Below, one piece after another: positions 7,926 through 17,499 of a stretch of 64,000 nucleotides of DNA. The stretch spans positions 7,985 to 71,984 of IMG/VR virus record IMGVR_UViG_3300033149_003459; one strand, given 5' to 3'. The DNA comes from a virus. Each line of letters begins with the position of its first letter. The stretch's first letter is position 1. A model generated the notes under the pieces. That model had not been told where the DNA came from. It was given only the letters and a program-made list of their open reading frames with translations, and ran no database searches. The position numbers were made by a program, and so were the translations under genes.

Positions 7926-8945
7926 ATGCAGTATGGAGATAGGATGCTGAGCAGGGTTCCGACTGTTATCTCAACGTTTGCCGGATGCGGTGGGTCATCG
8001 CTCGGTTACAGGTGGGCAGGTTTCAATGAGCTGCTCGCAGTGGACTTCAACGCCAACGTGGAGCGGTCGTTCAACGCCAACTTCCCAGACGTCCCGTTCT
8101 GGCGGCGCGATATCACCGAGGTCACGGCCGGGGAGGTCCTGTCCTTCTGCGGAATCGGGAAGGGTGACCTCGACGTTCTTGACGGGTCGCCACCGTGCCA
8201 GGGATTCTCGATAGCCGGAAAGCGCAACATACAGGACCCGAGGAACAGCCTGTTCGGCGACTTCGTGCGGCTTGTATCCGGGCTGCGCCCGAAGGTGTTC
8301 GTCATGGAGAACGTTCCGGGCATGGCTATAGGGACATACCGCGGTGTCTTCAACGAGGTGTTGACGGTCCTGCGGTCCACCGGCTACTCGGTGCTGTGCA
8401 GGCTGATGAACGCGGCGAACCATGGCGTCCCGCAGAGCAGGCGGCGTCTCATCTTCATAGGGGTGCGGCCTGACCTCGGAGTGCCACCGGTGTTCCCAGA
8501 CCCGCTCGGCGGCGTCATGACATCCGGCGACGCCATCGACGGGGTGGACAGCTCCGACGAGGAGCTTGCGTGGGCCAGGTGGCTGGCTGATGACCATGAC
8601 TGCGCGTCATCGAAAATTGTCAAGAGAGCATTTCTACTGATGAGACCCGGCGAGAATGGATCAAGATATTTTGATGGTAAATATTTTAACTATGTCAAAC
8701 TGCATCCTGACAGGCCGTCGCCGACCATACTGACGATGCCGACAGGGTACAGAAACCGTTACTTCCATTGGAGTGACGCGCGCAATATAACCGTGTCGGA
8801 ATGCAGGCGGCTCTGCTCGTTCCCGGATTCGTTCAGGCTGTCCGGCAGGCTCCATGAGCAGTGGACGCAGCTCGGCAACTCCGTGATGCCGCGCTTCATG
8901 GAGGCCGTGGCCGGGACCGTCAAGAGGGACATACTGGGGGTATGA
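7926..8945 (+). CDS. DNA cytosine-C5 methyltransferase
   Basis: FAGCGG (motif I), GSPPCQGFS (IV), ENV (VI), QSRRR (VIII), QLGNSV (X). Confidence 0.95.
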   Translation: MQYGDRMLSRVPTVISTFAGCGGSSLGYRWAGFNELLAVDFNANVERSFNANFPDVPFWRRDITEVTAGEVLSFCGIGKGDLDVLDGSPPCQGFSIAGKRNIQDPRNSLFGDFVRLVSGLRPKVFVMENVPGMAIGTYRGVFNEVLTVLRSTGYSVLCRLMNAANHGVPQSRRRLIFIGVRPDLGVPPVFPDPLGGVMTSGDAIDGVDSSDEELAWARWLADDHDCASSKIVKRAFLLMRPGENGSRYFDGKYFNYVKLHPDRPSPTILTMPTGYRNRYFHWSDARNITVSECRRLCSFPDSFRLSGRLHEQWTQLGNSVMPRFMEAVAGTVKRDILGV

Positions 8946-8946
8946 C

Positions 8947-9300
8947 ATGCCGAGGACTCTGAAGCAGATCGTGGCGAACTGGGAGCACTACGGGACGGTC
9001 GACGCGCAGGACCTCGCCGCGCTGGTCCGGGCCGTCAGGAAGCACGACCACACGGTCGCCGTGCTTGAGGGTAAGGTGCTGTCAGCCGAGTCGGACAGCA
9101 GGCGGCTGATGAGAGAGGTCGACGCGCTGCGCGACTACAAGGGAAGGACGCTCCACAGGCTGAAGAAGCTTGAGGAGGAGGTCCGGGAGCTGAGGAAGGC
9201 GGCCGCGATCCGCGGCCGGGAGACCGGGCAGGCCGGGGGCGGGGCGGTCTCCCTGGAGGGAGAGAACGATGAGGGACATGATCGAGAACATCGAGCTTGA
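8947..9300 (+). CDS. Hypothetical coiled-coil protein
   Basis: ORF in operon register. Confidence 0.5.
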   Translation: MPRTLKQIVANWEHYGTVDAQDLAALVRAVRKHDHTVAVLEGKVLSAESDSRRLMREVDALRDYKGRTLHRLKKLEEEVRELRKAAAIRGRETGQAGGGAVSLEGENDEGHDREHRA

Positions 9301-10006
9301 CCCGCCGAGTAGCAGGCTCGTGACCGTGAGCCACACGGTCATGGTCCTGGACCGCAGCGGGTCCATGCAGGCGATCCGCAGGCTGGCCGTCGACGGGGTG
9401 AACGAGCAGATCCAGGCGTGCAAGCGGGCCGAGACGACGTTCAAGAAGCGGTTCACGCTCGTGACGTTCAGCACGTTCGTGGACGACCCCGCGTTGCTGG
9501 CCGTCGACGTCGACGCCCTGTCGGGCACGTACCTGACGATGGAGGACTACCGCCCGGACGGCCTGACCGCGCTGTACGATGCGGTCGGCAAGACCATCAG
9601 GATGTTCGAGGAGCGCGACAGGGGCGGGTCCACGTTCCTGTTCTGCGTGCTGTCGGACGGGCAGGAGAACAACTCCGTGGAGTTCGACGGTCCGGGGCTC
9701 GCCGAGCTCATACAGGCGAAGACCGGAAAGGGCAACTGGACGTTCACCTACCAGGGCACGGGTGTGGACCTCTCGGTGATGCGGTCGCTGAACATTCCGG
9801 AGGACAACATCCAGGTGTACCGGGACTTCTCTGACCGGAGCTTCGCCACCCTGACGTCGGACAGGGCCGTGGGCACGCAGCTGTACTTCGCGTCGCTGTC
9901 GAACGGTGACATGTCATCGAGCGACTTCTACACGAGCTCTGGTGTAGAGGTCTACCCGAACCAGGAGGATGGCGATGCCCGGCGGCCGCAAGACGATACT
10001 GAATGA
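9269..10006 (+). CDS. von Willebrand factor A domain protein
   Basis: MIDAS motif VLDRSGSM, TALYDA, SDGQEN. Confidence 0.88.
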   Translation: MRDMIENIELDPPSSRLVTVSHTVMVLDRSGSMQAIRRLAVDGVNEQIQACKRAETTFKKRFTLVTFSTFVDDPALLAVDVDALSGTYLTMEDYRPDGLTALYDAVGKTIRMFEERDRGGSTFLFCVLSDGQENNSVEFDGPGLAELIQAKTGKGNWTFTYQGTGVDLSVMRSLNIPEDNIQVYRDFSDRSFATLTSDRAVGTQLYFASLSNGDMSSSDFYTSSGVEVYPNQEDGDARRPQDDTE

Positions 10007-10523
10007 GGAGCTCTCCAGGCAGTACTGCAACTACGTCAAGATCGGCATGACCGAGAAGGACGCGGCCGTGCTGTGCGGGGTGGACATCACCACCGTGATG
10101 CAGTGGAAGCGCAAGGGCCGCGCGGCGTACGACGACGACACCGTGGAGTTCGGCGAGAGCACGAACATGTACGTCGACTTCTTCCTTGAGGTCGACAAGG
10201 CCAAGCGCTTCGCCAAGCAGCTGTGCCTGCAGACGATAGTGCAGGCGCTGCCGAGCGACCCGAAGCTGTGCCTGACGTGGCTCGGGCGGAAGTACCCGGA
10301 TGAGTGGGGCCGCAAGGACTGGCCCCGGATGCAGCAGAACACGCTCGTGCTGCAGGAGACGGGGCTCATCGGGAAGGATGGGAGAATTGACGTCGACGGA
10401 ATCCGCGAGAGCATTGCTCGCGCACGGCGAACCTTCACTATCGACGATATTGGAGCTCAGGAGCGACTTGTGCCTGGAGATGGAGCGGCTGCTGACAATC
10501 CAGGAGCAGGCACGGCTTCCTGA
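9969..10523 (+). CDS. Terminase small subunit
   Basis: N-terminal HTH (GMTEKDAAVLCGVDITTVMQW), WLGRKYPDEWGRKD; directly upstream of TerL. Confidence 0.75.
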   Translation: MAMPGGRKTILNEELSRQYCNYVKIGMTEKDAAVLCGVDITTVMQWKRKGRAAYDDDTVEFGESTNMYVDFFLEVDKAKRFAKQLCLQTIVQALPSDPKLCLTWLGRKYPDEWGRKDWPRMQQNTLVLQETGLIGKDGRIDVDGIRESIARARRTFTIDDIGAQERLVPGDGAAADNPGAGTAS

Positions 10524-13041
10524 CGTCCAGGCGGACGCCGAGTACACGGAGGCGCTTGAACTCACCATAGTGGAGCTCGCGCAGTGCCTCGATGCCATCC
10601 AGGGCTCCGTCGAGCTGTACGACAGCACCCTCCGCTACGCCGAGGACCCGGTCCGGTTCATCAACAACGAGTGCTCCCTGTTCAACCCGGACAAGGAACC
10701 GGCCATAATGCCGTTCCACCTGTACGACTACCAGGCCGAGTTCATCGAGAGGCTGCACATTGCCTACAGGAACGACGAGTCGCTGCTCACCGAGAAGACC
10801 CGGCAGATGGGGATGTCGTGGCTCTACATGGCGTTCTTCCTGTGGGCGCTCCTCTACGACCCGGACTTCTCGGGCATCGTGCTGAGCTACAACATCCGGC
10901 TGGTCGACGACGGCGGGTCGGAGAGCAGCATCAACTCCCTGCTCGGCAAGCTGCGCTTCATGTACGACCTCCTGCGCGCGCCGCTGCGCGGGGTCCTCGC
11001 CGTGAAGTACCTGAACGTGCGCAACCTGCGCACGAGCGCCTACCTCGTCGGCGAGACGGCGCACCCGAACGCGGGGCGCGGCGGGTCGTACAAGATAGGG
11101 CTGTGGGACGAGACCGCGCTGTCGGTTAAGAGCGAGGAGGTGTTCAGCGCCTTCTACCAGGCCACGCGGTGCAGGTGCTACAACTCGACTCCGCGCGGCA
11201 AGGGCAACGTCTTCGCCCGCCTGCGGTTCGCGGCGGAGTCCACGGTGAACGTCGTGACGCTGCACTGGACGCTGCACCCGGAGAAGGGCGCGGGCGCGGT
11301 GCAGAACAAGGACGGCAGGTGGACGTCACCGTGGTACGAGCACGAGTGCCGGGACATGACCCCTGCGCAGATCGCGCAGGAGCTCGACATCGACTACGAG
11401 ACGTCGGTCGAGGGCAGGGTGTACGAGAAGTTCAGGAGCACGGTGCACGTGCTGAAGGAGGCCCCGGAGTTCCGGCCGGAGTTCGAGACCATCATAGCGT
11501 GGGACCTCGGCGTGGCCGACGACACGTTCGGGGTGGTGTTCCAGCGGGACCCGCAGGGGTCGCTCCTCGTGTTCGACGAGGTGGTCGGGACGGACGAGGA
11601 CATAAGGTTCTACATAGACCTCGTGTGCGGGGTGCGCCCGTCCGAGCTCGACTATGTGTTCGACAAGAAGCTGGAGGCGTACGAGCGGTTCCTCGGCAAC
11701 GCGCAGGAGCACGACTACGCGGGGTTCGTCCAGGTGGCCGGGCCGGACGCGGGCCAGCGCAGCATAAACAGCAAGACCTCCGTCCGCCAGCAGTTCACGA
11801 CGGCCGGGCAGATCGGCCGCGCCAGCGGCAGCTCAGACAGGCGGTACAGGGACATGCGGATGGTCGCCATGAGCGGGTACAAGATCCTCGACCGGATAGT
11901 CGCCACCAGGAAGGTGATGGACCCGGCGAGGCAGCGGTTCTACGTGTCCCCGGTGTGCGTGCACACCATAGAGCACCTGTCGAACTACGCATGGACGAAG
12001 ACGTCGGAGGGCATGAACAGGGAGGTGCCGGATCACAACTGGGCCTGCCTGCGCGGTGATGTCAGGGTGCGGACGCTCAACGGATGGGTTCCGATATCGG
12101 AGGTGTCCGCTGGGGACTTCGTGTGGGGGTACTCAGAAAAGGAGCGCCGCCTGGTTCCGGCTGAGGTCGGCAATGCCGGAAGGACGGGCGTCAATGCAAG
12201 GCTCCTTGAGGTCGGCATAGACAGCGGCCGGTCGCTGTTCTGCACGCCGGAGCACCGGCTCATGCTGAGGGACGGCTCGTACCGGCGCGCCGATGAGCTG
12301 GCCGTCGGTGACGGTCTGATGCCGTTCTACGAGAGACTGAACAGGAGCTACATCCGCGTTGACCTCAACGACGGGACGTTCGCCGATGAGCACAGGTTCG
12401 TGTACAGCCGGTTCAACGGTTCGCTTGGGGAGACCGGTCTCCACGTCGACCATATCAACCACAACAGGTTCGACAACAGGCCTGAGAACCTGCAGCTGCT
12501 GTCTGTGGATGACCACTGTCAGAAGACGTTCCGGGGGAAGAGCGCCGAGGAGAGGAGGCTGGTGGACGCCACACCTGAGCGTGATTTCTACAACTCACGG
12601 TCCGGCTACTTCAAGTGGTGCAAGAACTGCGGGGAGGAGTTCTTCGGGACGCACAAGCGGGCTTACTGCTCTCCGCGCTACCGTGATGAGTACAGGAAGA
12701 TGCGCGATAGGGCGCAACTCATTCCGAGCCGGTCCGACGAGGCCAGGCTTGAGAAGAACAGGAAGGCGGGGGAGAAATACCGCAGGAACGGGAAGAACCA
12801 CAAGGTCAGGTTCATACGCTCCGCGGCCTCCGCCGACGTGTACGACCTGTCCGTACCTGAGCTCGGAAACTTCGTCGCCGAGGGTGTGGTGGTCCACAAC
12901 TCGCACGGGGCTGACGCCGTCGGGTACGGCGTGCTGTACTTCTCAAGGAGGCGCGAGGTGAGGATGAAGCCGGACCTGCACGGGGACCGCGTGCGCCGGA
13001 CGACCCGGAACCTCGGCACGCCGATGAGGGTTGGAAGGTGA
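10378..13041 (+). CDS. Terminase large subunit containing an intein
   Basis: Q motif (LYDYQ), EKTRQMGMSW, WDE, STPRG, AWDLG, and the nuclease motif HNWA/SHGADA split by the intein; start may instead be 10480. Confidence 0.93.
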   Translation: MGELTSTESARALLAHGEPSLSTILELRSDLCLEMERLLTIQEQARLPDVQADAEYTEALELTIVELAQCLDAIQGSVELYDSTLRYAEDPVRFINNECSLFNPDKEPAIMPFHLYDYQAEFIERLHIAYRNDESLLTEKTRQMGMSWLYMAFFLWALLYDPDFSGIVLSYNIRLVDDGGSESSINSLLGKLRFMYDLLRAPLRGVLAVKYLNVRNLRTSAYLVGETAHPNAGRGGSYKIGLWDETALSVKSEEVFSAFYQATRCRCYNSTPRGKGNVFARLRFAAESTVNVVTLHWTLHPEKGAGAVQNKDGRWTSPWYEHECRDMTPAQIAQELDIDYETSVEGRVYEKFRSTVHVLKEAPEFRPEFETIIAWDLGVADDTFGVVFQRDPQGSLLVFDEVVGTDEDIRFYIDLVCGVRPSELDYVFDKKLEAYERFLGNAQEHDYAGFVQVAGPDAGQRSINSKTSVRQQFTTAGQIGRASGSSDRRYRDMRMVAMSGYKILDRIVATRKVMDPARQRFYVSPVCVHTIEHLSNYAWTKTSEGMNREVPDHNWACLRGDVRVRTLNGWVPISEVSAGDFVWGYSEKERRLVPAEVGNAGRTGVNARLLEVGIDSGRSLFCTPEHRLMLRDGSYRRADELAVGDGLMPFYERLNRSYIRVDLNDGTFADEHRFVYSRFNGSLGETGLHVDHINHNRFDNRPENLQLLSVDDHCQKTFRGKSAEERRLVDATPERDFYNSRSGYFKWCKNCGEEFFGTHKRAYCSPRYRDEYRKMRDRAQLIPSRSDEARLEKNRKAGEKYRRNGKNHKVRFIRSAASADVYDLSVPELGNFVAEGVVVHNSHGADAVGYGVLYFSRRREVRMKPDLHGDRVRRTTRNLGTPMRVGR
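12046..12900 (+). mobile_element. Intein with HNH homing endonuclease in TerL (285 aa)
   Basis: Starts CLRGDVRVRT; block B CTPEHRL; HVDHINHNRFDNRPENL; block F VYDLSV; ends VVHN before Ser. Confidence 0.93.
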
Positions 13042-13451
13042 TGGACCTCATAGACTTCATAGAGATAGGTGAGTACGCGGAGACGCGCCGCCTGCTGCGG
13101 GTGTTCGTGGAGTGCGGGCCGATGGAGCGCCCGTACGTCCTGTCGGTTGATGGTCTTGTGGCCGGGTCCGGACATGCGGGGGCAGGGTTCGAGCGCGCCG
13201 TGTTTTTCCGTGCGCGCGTCTTCGGCCTGAGGACGGACGTGGACCTGTCCGACATCTCCGACGAGTGGACGTTGAGGGTGTCGGCCACCACGGCGACCGG
13301 GAAGTTCCTGTCCCACACCATTCCCTCCAAGACGGTCCTGGGCAGCGTCATCATCCCGATCGTGCGTCTCACCTTCGATTACGGGTACACGCTGGGCGTG
13401 ACGATGCCCCGGGCCGATATTGCCCAGCGGTGGGGGGATGAGCATGAATAG
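13038..13451 (+). CDS. Hypothetical protein
   Basis: Overlaps the TerL stop codon. Confidence 0.55.
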   Translation: MMDLIDFIEIGEYAETRRLLRVFVECGPMERPYVLSVDGLVAGSGHAGAGFERAVFFRARVFGLRTDVDLSDISDEWTLRVSATTATGKFLSHTIPSKTVLGSVIIPIVRLTFDYGYTLGVTMPRADIAQRWGDEHE

Positions 13452-13465
13452 AGGATGCTCAGGGG

Positions 13466-13494
13466 TTTACTTTTATCAGATATTATCTTATTTT
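13466..13494 (+). promoter_or_regulatory. Sigma70-like promoter
   Basis: TTTACT-17 bp-TATTTT in an AT-rich island. Confidence 0.45.
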
Positions 13495-13649
13495 ATATAC
13501 ATGACAGGCGGAGGGGTCCGGGTGAGGTGTCCGGTGGCGTCGGTGCCAACACACCACGCCGCCGCACCTCGACCGTGCAGACACCACGCGGGAGCGGACG
13601 CGCCGTTAGTCCGGCCCGGTGCCCCGATGCCGTTTCAGGAGGTTAGGAC

Positions 13650-13919
13650 ATGAGGTTTTCGCTCTGCATCGGTGACCTTGAGGTCCGCATGAACCAGCGG
13701 GTTCATGCGCGCGAGATAGTGCGGTGGAGCGGGGGGAAGGACGGGAAGGCGTGCCGCGTGCTGGCGCTGTGGGAGGACTCGGAGAGCGGGCCTGAGCTCC
13801 GCTTCGTAGGCGGCAGGCCGTTCGACCAGGGTGTGGACACGCTCGTTTTCTGGCGTCTCGCGGCGGTGGGCCAGGCGGTGTTCACCCTATCCCACGAGAC
13901 GCTGACGGACGACGACTGA
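13650..13919 (+). CDS. Hypothetical protein
   Basis: ATG with upstream GGAGG/AGGA. Confidence 0.55.
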   Translation: MRFSLCIGDLEVRMNQRVHAREIVRWSGGKDGKACRVLALWEDSESGPELRFVGGRPFDQGVDTLVFWRLAAVGQAVFTLSHETLTDDD

Positions 13920-13928
13920 GGTGGCGGG

Positions 13929-14132
13929 ATGATAAAGCAGATACCGATCCTCGCCTCGCAGAAGCGGCTCGCCGCCAAGGTGCGGGAGCTGGTGGACGCG
14001 GTCAACCGCATAGAGAGGCGGCACGCGGAGACGGACGAGCTCGCGGCGCTACCGTACGACGGGCCGCCCGACCTGGTAGGTCCCGAGGGGGTGCTGCGCA
14101 GGATCGACCCGGACGACGATGGGGGTGCCTGA
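13929..14132 (+). CDS. Hypothetical protein
   Basis: Short coupled ORF. Confidence 0.5.
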   Translation: MIKQIPILASQKRLAAKVRELVDAVNRIERRHAETDELAALPYDGPPDLVGPEGVLRRIDPDDDGGA

Positions 14133-14458
14133 TGGTGCGCGTCGGTGAGCGCGTAGGCGCAGTGCTCAGCTCGACCGGGGACGAGGTGCTGTTCCTCGGG
14201 TACGGCGTGTACGAGGGGGACGCCGTGCCGCGCGAGGCGGTGGGCTTCATGGCCGATGCCTTGCGCGGTTATGGGCACAAGAACCCGTGCCTGCTCCTGG
14301 ACTCCGGGAAGCGCGTGTTCGGCTGCGAGTGCTGGTGGGGGTCGGAGGCGTGCGTGCGCGAGATGCTGGACGGTTATCGTGCCCTCGGCCGTAGCGTTGT
14401 CGAGACCGACATCGACAGCGCCCGCCAGGATTTCCTGAAGGGGGCAGAGGGCGCATGA
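14132..14458 (+). CDS. Hypothetical protein
   Basis: TGATG coupling; FLGYGVYEGD...NPCLLLDSG...GCECWW. Confidence 0.6.
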   Translation: MVRVGERVGAVLSSTGDEVLFLGYGVYEGDAVPREAVGFMADALRGYGHKNPCLLLDSGKRVFGCECWWGSEACVREMLDGYRALGRSVVETDIDSARQDFLKGAEGA

Positions 14459-14615
14459 ACCTCGCGATCCTCCGGTTCGTCGTGGGACTTGTCGCCGGTG
14501 GCCTCATCACCCTTGGCGTCATAAGCCTGGCCGAGGGTGCGGTCGTGGTCGGGATGACGGGCATGCTTACGAGCCTCCTCATGCTATGGGTTGTGGTCAG
14601 GGCGGGGCCGTCGAG

Positions 14616-14813
14616 GTGAGCGTCAAGGAGATCGTGGCAGCCTACCTGAGGGAGCACGGGTACGACGGGCTGTACTTCGATGAGTGCGGGTGCCGCGTCG
14701 ATGACCTGATGCCGTGCGGTGAGTGTTGCTCTCGGTGCCTGCCTGGATACCTGGTCCGCTGTGATGAGATGCTTGACGGGCTTTGCATCGGGCCGAAGGA
14801 GGGAGACGAATGA
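14616..14813 (+). CDS. Cys-rich hypothetical protein
   Basis: YLREHGYDGL..ECGC..DLMPCGE. Confidence 0.55.
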   Translation: MSVKEIVAAYLREHGYDGLYFDECGCRVDDLMPCGECCSRCLPGYLVRCDEMLDGLCIGPKEGDE

Positions 14814-15214
14814 ACCAAGATGTTGTATCAATGATAGTAAACGGTATGTCCAAAAAGGCCGAAGAGCGGAGATCGAAAACGCAGATGACTTTGGGGGATT
14901 TGATCAAGGAATTAGAAAATCTCCAACCTGAAGCGACGATACATGAGTGCGGACATCTCCACTCTTACCGAGGATATTATAGCGACCTATGTGTGCATTC
15001 GGAAGGCAACAACTCGGTCAAGCACTTTCTGGAAGAATGCAAGAATGCGCTCGGCGCCTGTTTCGAAGGCTGGAAGGGCGGCGAGTTCTGGATGACCGGC
15101 AATACCCCGATGTGGCATGCGCCGGAGGGTTGTTGTGGTCCGAGAATCATGTCACTGCGAACCGATGATGAGGGCGTCTACTTCGTCACCGAGGAGGAAT
15201 CACATGACGTTTGA
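14810..15214 (+). CDS. Hypothetical phage protein
   Basis: MTLGDLIKELE, HSYRGYYSDL, FEGWKGGEF. Confidence 0.65.
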   Translation: MNQDVVSMIVNGMSKKAEERRSKTQMTLGDLIKELENLQPEATIHECGHLHSYRGYYSDLCVHSEGNNSVKHFLEECKNALGACFEGWKGGEFWMTGNTPMWHAPEGCCGPRIMSLRTDDEGVYFVTEEESHDV

Positions 15215-15611
15215 CGAACTCATCGAGGGCACCACACCAGGTCCATGGAAGTGTGATCAAAGGGGTGGTCGTGTTGCTGTTTATCCAGCGAATGAAACAC
15301 ACAGCTGTCTTGCAGGGGCTCAGGATTGGGCAGTGCATCACAGCAATCGAGGAGCGAAATATGAGGACTACAAGCTTAACTGGAGCATGGATGCCGAGGC
15401 CAAGGCCAACGCCAGGCTCATTGCCGCTGCCCCAGATCTATTACGCCGACTCCGGAACTTGCTGAAGGTGGTAGGCGCGCCGGGTACGTGCAAAGGTTGC
15501 GGAGCTGCGATCCTGTGGGTAACAACGAAAAACGGGAAGGCCGCGCCCTACGATCCCGACGGCGAGACGCACTGGGCCACGTGTCCTAACGCAAAGAGGT
15601 TTAAGAAATGA
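15204..15611 (+). CDS. Hypothetical phage protein (TPGPW...ANARLIAAAPDL type) with C-terminal Zn-finger
   Basis: Common phage motif pair; CKGC...HWATC. Confidence 0.7.
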   Translation: MTFDELIEGTTPGPWKCDQRGGRVAVYPANETHSCLAGAQDWAVHHSNRGAKYEDYKLNWSMDAEAKANARLIAAAPDLLRRLRNLLKVVGAPGTCKGCGAAILWVTTKNGKAAPYDPDGETHWATCPNAKRFKK

Positions 15612-15835
15612 CGTTTGACGAACATGGCAATTCATGGCCGGGCGGCTACCGACATGCCTTATCGCAAGCTGAGCACGGGCGCTGGAATGCAACACACTAT
15701 CCTGGCACGCGGCAACTATGCAGCGAATGCGGGCAGCCGACTGAGCGGTGTGAAGCGGACGAGATAAGAGACGATGAGGGCAATCCGTTATGCGCTACGT
15801 GCGCCGCTGAATTGGGGGTATGGGGTGACGCTTGA
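15608..15835 (+). CDS. Small Zn-finger hypothetical protein
   Basis: CSECGQ...LCATC. Confidence 0.55.
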   Translation: MTFDEHGNSWPGGYRHALSQAEHGRWNATHYPGTRQLCSECGQPTERCEADEIRDDEGNPLCATCAAELGVWGDA

Positions 15836-16475
15836 CGAGATCCGCAAAGAAATCGAAACCAGATGGGGCGGGATCACCGAGTACGAGGAAGAATCGGTCA
15901 ATGCGTTGGAGAAACGCATCCTTGCTGATGCAGCAGGGGAAGACGAGATACGCGCCCGCGCTGATAGGATCGAGGAGTTGGAGAATCGTGAGAAGGAGCT
16001 CAGCTCCCAGTACCGTATCGACCTCGAAAAGAAAAAAGCCGCATATGACGAAGCATGCAAGCGCAAGGATCACCCCGAACACCCCACCTACTACACGCAC
16101 GACGTCAACGACAGCCAACCTCCGCACGATTACGCGCCCATGGACATGAAGCACGCGATCGAGCAGCGAAAGCGGGAGGAAAAGACGCAGTCTGGTTGCC
16201 CCGTGTGCCACTGGCCCCCCAATCCAGCAGGTTGGCATGCCCCCTGGTGCACACCTCGGATGCGCGAGGATCACGAGATCGCGGAGAGGGCGCGGTATCA
16301 ACTCCGCATCAGCTCAACGGCATCCCACACGTACCTTGTGGTCAACACCGACGAGCCGTACGCCGAGCAGGTGTTCGACCTGATTCACAGGCACGAGCAA
16401 GAGAAGGGCACCTGGGATGGCGCGGACGATTTCCAAGGTTTCTGCCAAGAGCTTAGAGATAGAACCGCACTATAA
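15825..16475 (+). CDS. Hypothetical protein, module-sharing paralog A
   Basis: Shares blocks with 16897..17499 and 17499..17903. Confidence 0.6.
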   Translation: MTLDEIRKEIETRWGGITEYEEESVNALEKRILADAAGEDEIRARADRIEELENREKELSSQYRIDLEKKKAAYDEACKRKDHPEHPTYYTHDVNDSQPPHDYAPMDMKHAIEQRKREEKTQSGCPVCHWPPNPAGWHAPWCTPRMREDHEIAERARYQLRISSTASHTYLVVNTDEPYAEQVFDLIHRHEQEKGTWDGADDFQGFCQELRDRTAL

Positions 16476-16489
16476 CGGAGGGAACGTTA

Positions 16490-16900
16490 ATGAGCACTGA
16501 CATTGCTACGACGAGGAACTTCACCGTGACGCAGTTCATGGGGGGCGAGGAGCGCGGGCTCAGCCTGCAGATCACGCCGCGCAACACGCCGCTGCTCCCG
16601 GAGCGCCCAACCGGTCCAGGCGGGAGCGTGACGCCGGGGGACATGCTGCAGGTGCAGACCTACGTCCAGCTCACGCGGGAGGACGTGGCCGAGCTCGTCC
16701 CGGTGCTGAGGCGGTGGCTCTGGAGGAGGCGCGTGAACGCTAAGCTGCTCCTCCAGGCCGCGGCCGGTGCCTGCGGGGCGGCGTTCGGCGTGGGCGTCGT
16801 CAGCATGCTCGGCGGTTTCGGTACCTACGGGGTGCTGCTCGCTGTCTCGGCGCTGCTGGCGTACGCCGTGGTCCTCGCCGTCATAAGGAGCCGCTCGTGA
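16490..16900 (+). CDS. Hypothetical membrane protein
   Basis: RBS GGAGG; two C-terminal hydrophobic segments. Confidence 0.55.
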   Translation: MSTDIATTRNFTVTQFMGGEERGLSLQITPRNTPLLPERPTGPGGSVTPGDMLQVQTYVQLTREDVAELVPVLRRWLWRRRVNAKLLLQAAAGACGAAFGVGVVSMLGGFGTYGVLLAVSALLAYAVVLAVIRSRS

Positions 16901-17499
16901 GCGAGGCGCTGACGTTCGACGAGATCCGCAAGGAGATAGAAACGAGGTGGAATGGTACCACCGAGTACGAGCGACGATACCGAGAGGCACTTGTTGGCCT
17001 GGTCAGCAGAGTAAGGATAAATACGCGCCGGACGATGGTCCATGATGACCGGTTCAAGGCCGAGAACGCCCAAGAGCGGCTCACCGAATTAGAGGACCGC
17101 GTCCAGGCGTTGGAGGACCAGGAGAGGAGGCACAGTGCTCATCCGGAGCACCCCGCTGACTATGCGTACGAGCCGTGCGGCGGGGTACCGGAGAGCCGTG
17201 AGGTGCTCCTCAAGACGGCGGAGGTCCGCGACGCGCCGGGTGAGGTGAGCCAGGCCGGTCTCGACGCCCTTGCCGACGCCAACGGCGAGGACGCCGCGCG
17301 GGAGCTCGGGGCGATACTCGCCACGCACGCCGTCGGCAGGCTGCGCCCCGCGCACATGCCCGTCCTGCAGAGGAGCCACGAGATAGCCGAGCGGGCGCGG
17401 GAGCAGCTGGAGTGGATCGGGAACGAGGAGGTCCCGGCATGGCCCGCCCACGCGGTGGTGCGCATGCTCCGCTACGTTCTTGACGGCGAGGAGGAGTGA
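16897..17499 (+). CDS. Hypothetical protein, module-sharing paralog B
   Basis: DEIRKEIETRW, HPEHP and HEIAERAR shared with paralog A. Confidence 0.6.
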   Translation: MSEALTFDEIRKEIETRWNGTTEYERRYREALVGLVSRVRINTRRTMVHDDRFKAENAQERLTELEDRVQALEDQERRHSAHPEHPADYAYEPCGGVPESREVLLKTAEVRDAPGEVSQAGLDALADANGEDAARELGAILATHAVGRLRPAHMPVLQRSHEIAERAREQLEWIGNEEVPAWPAHAVVRMLRYVLDGEEE

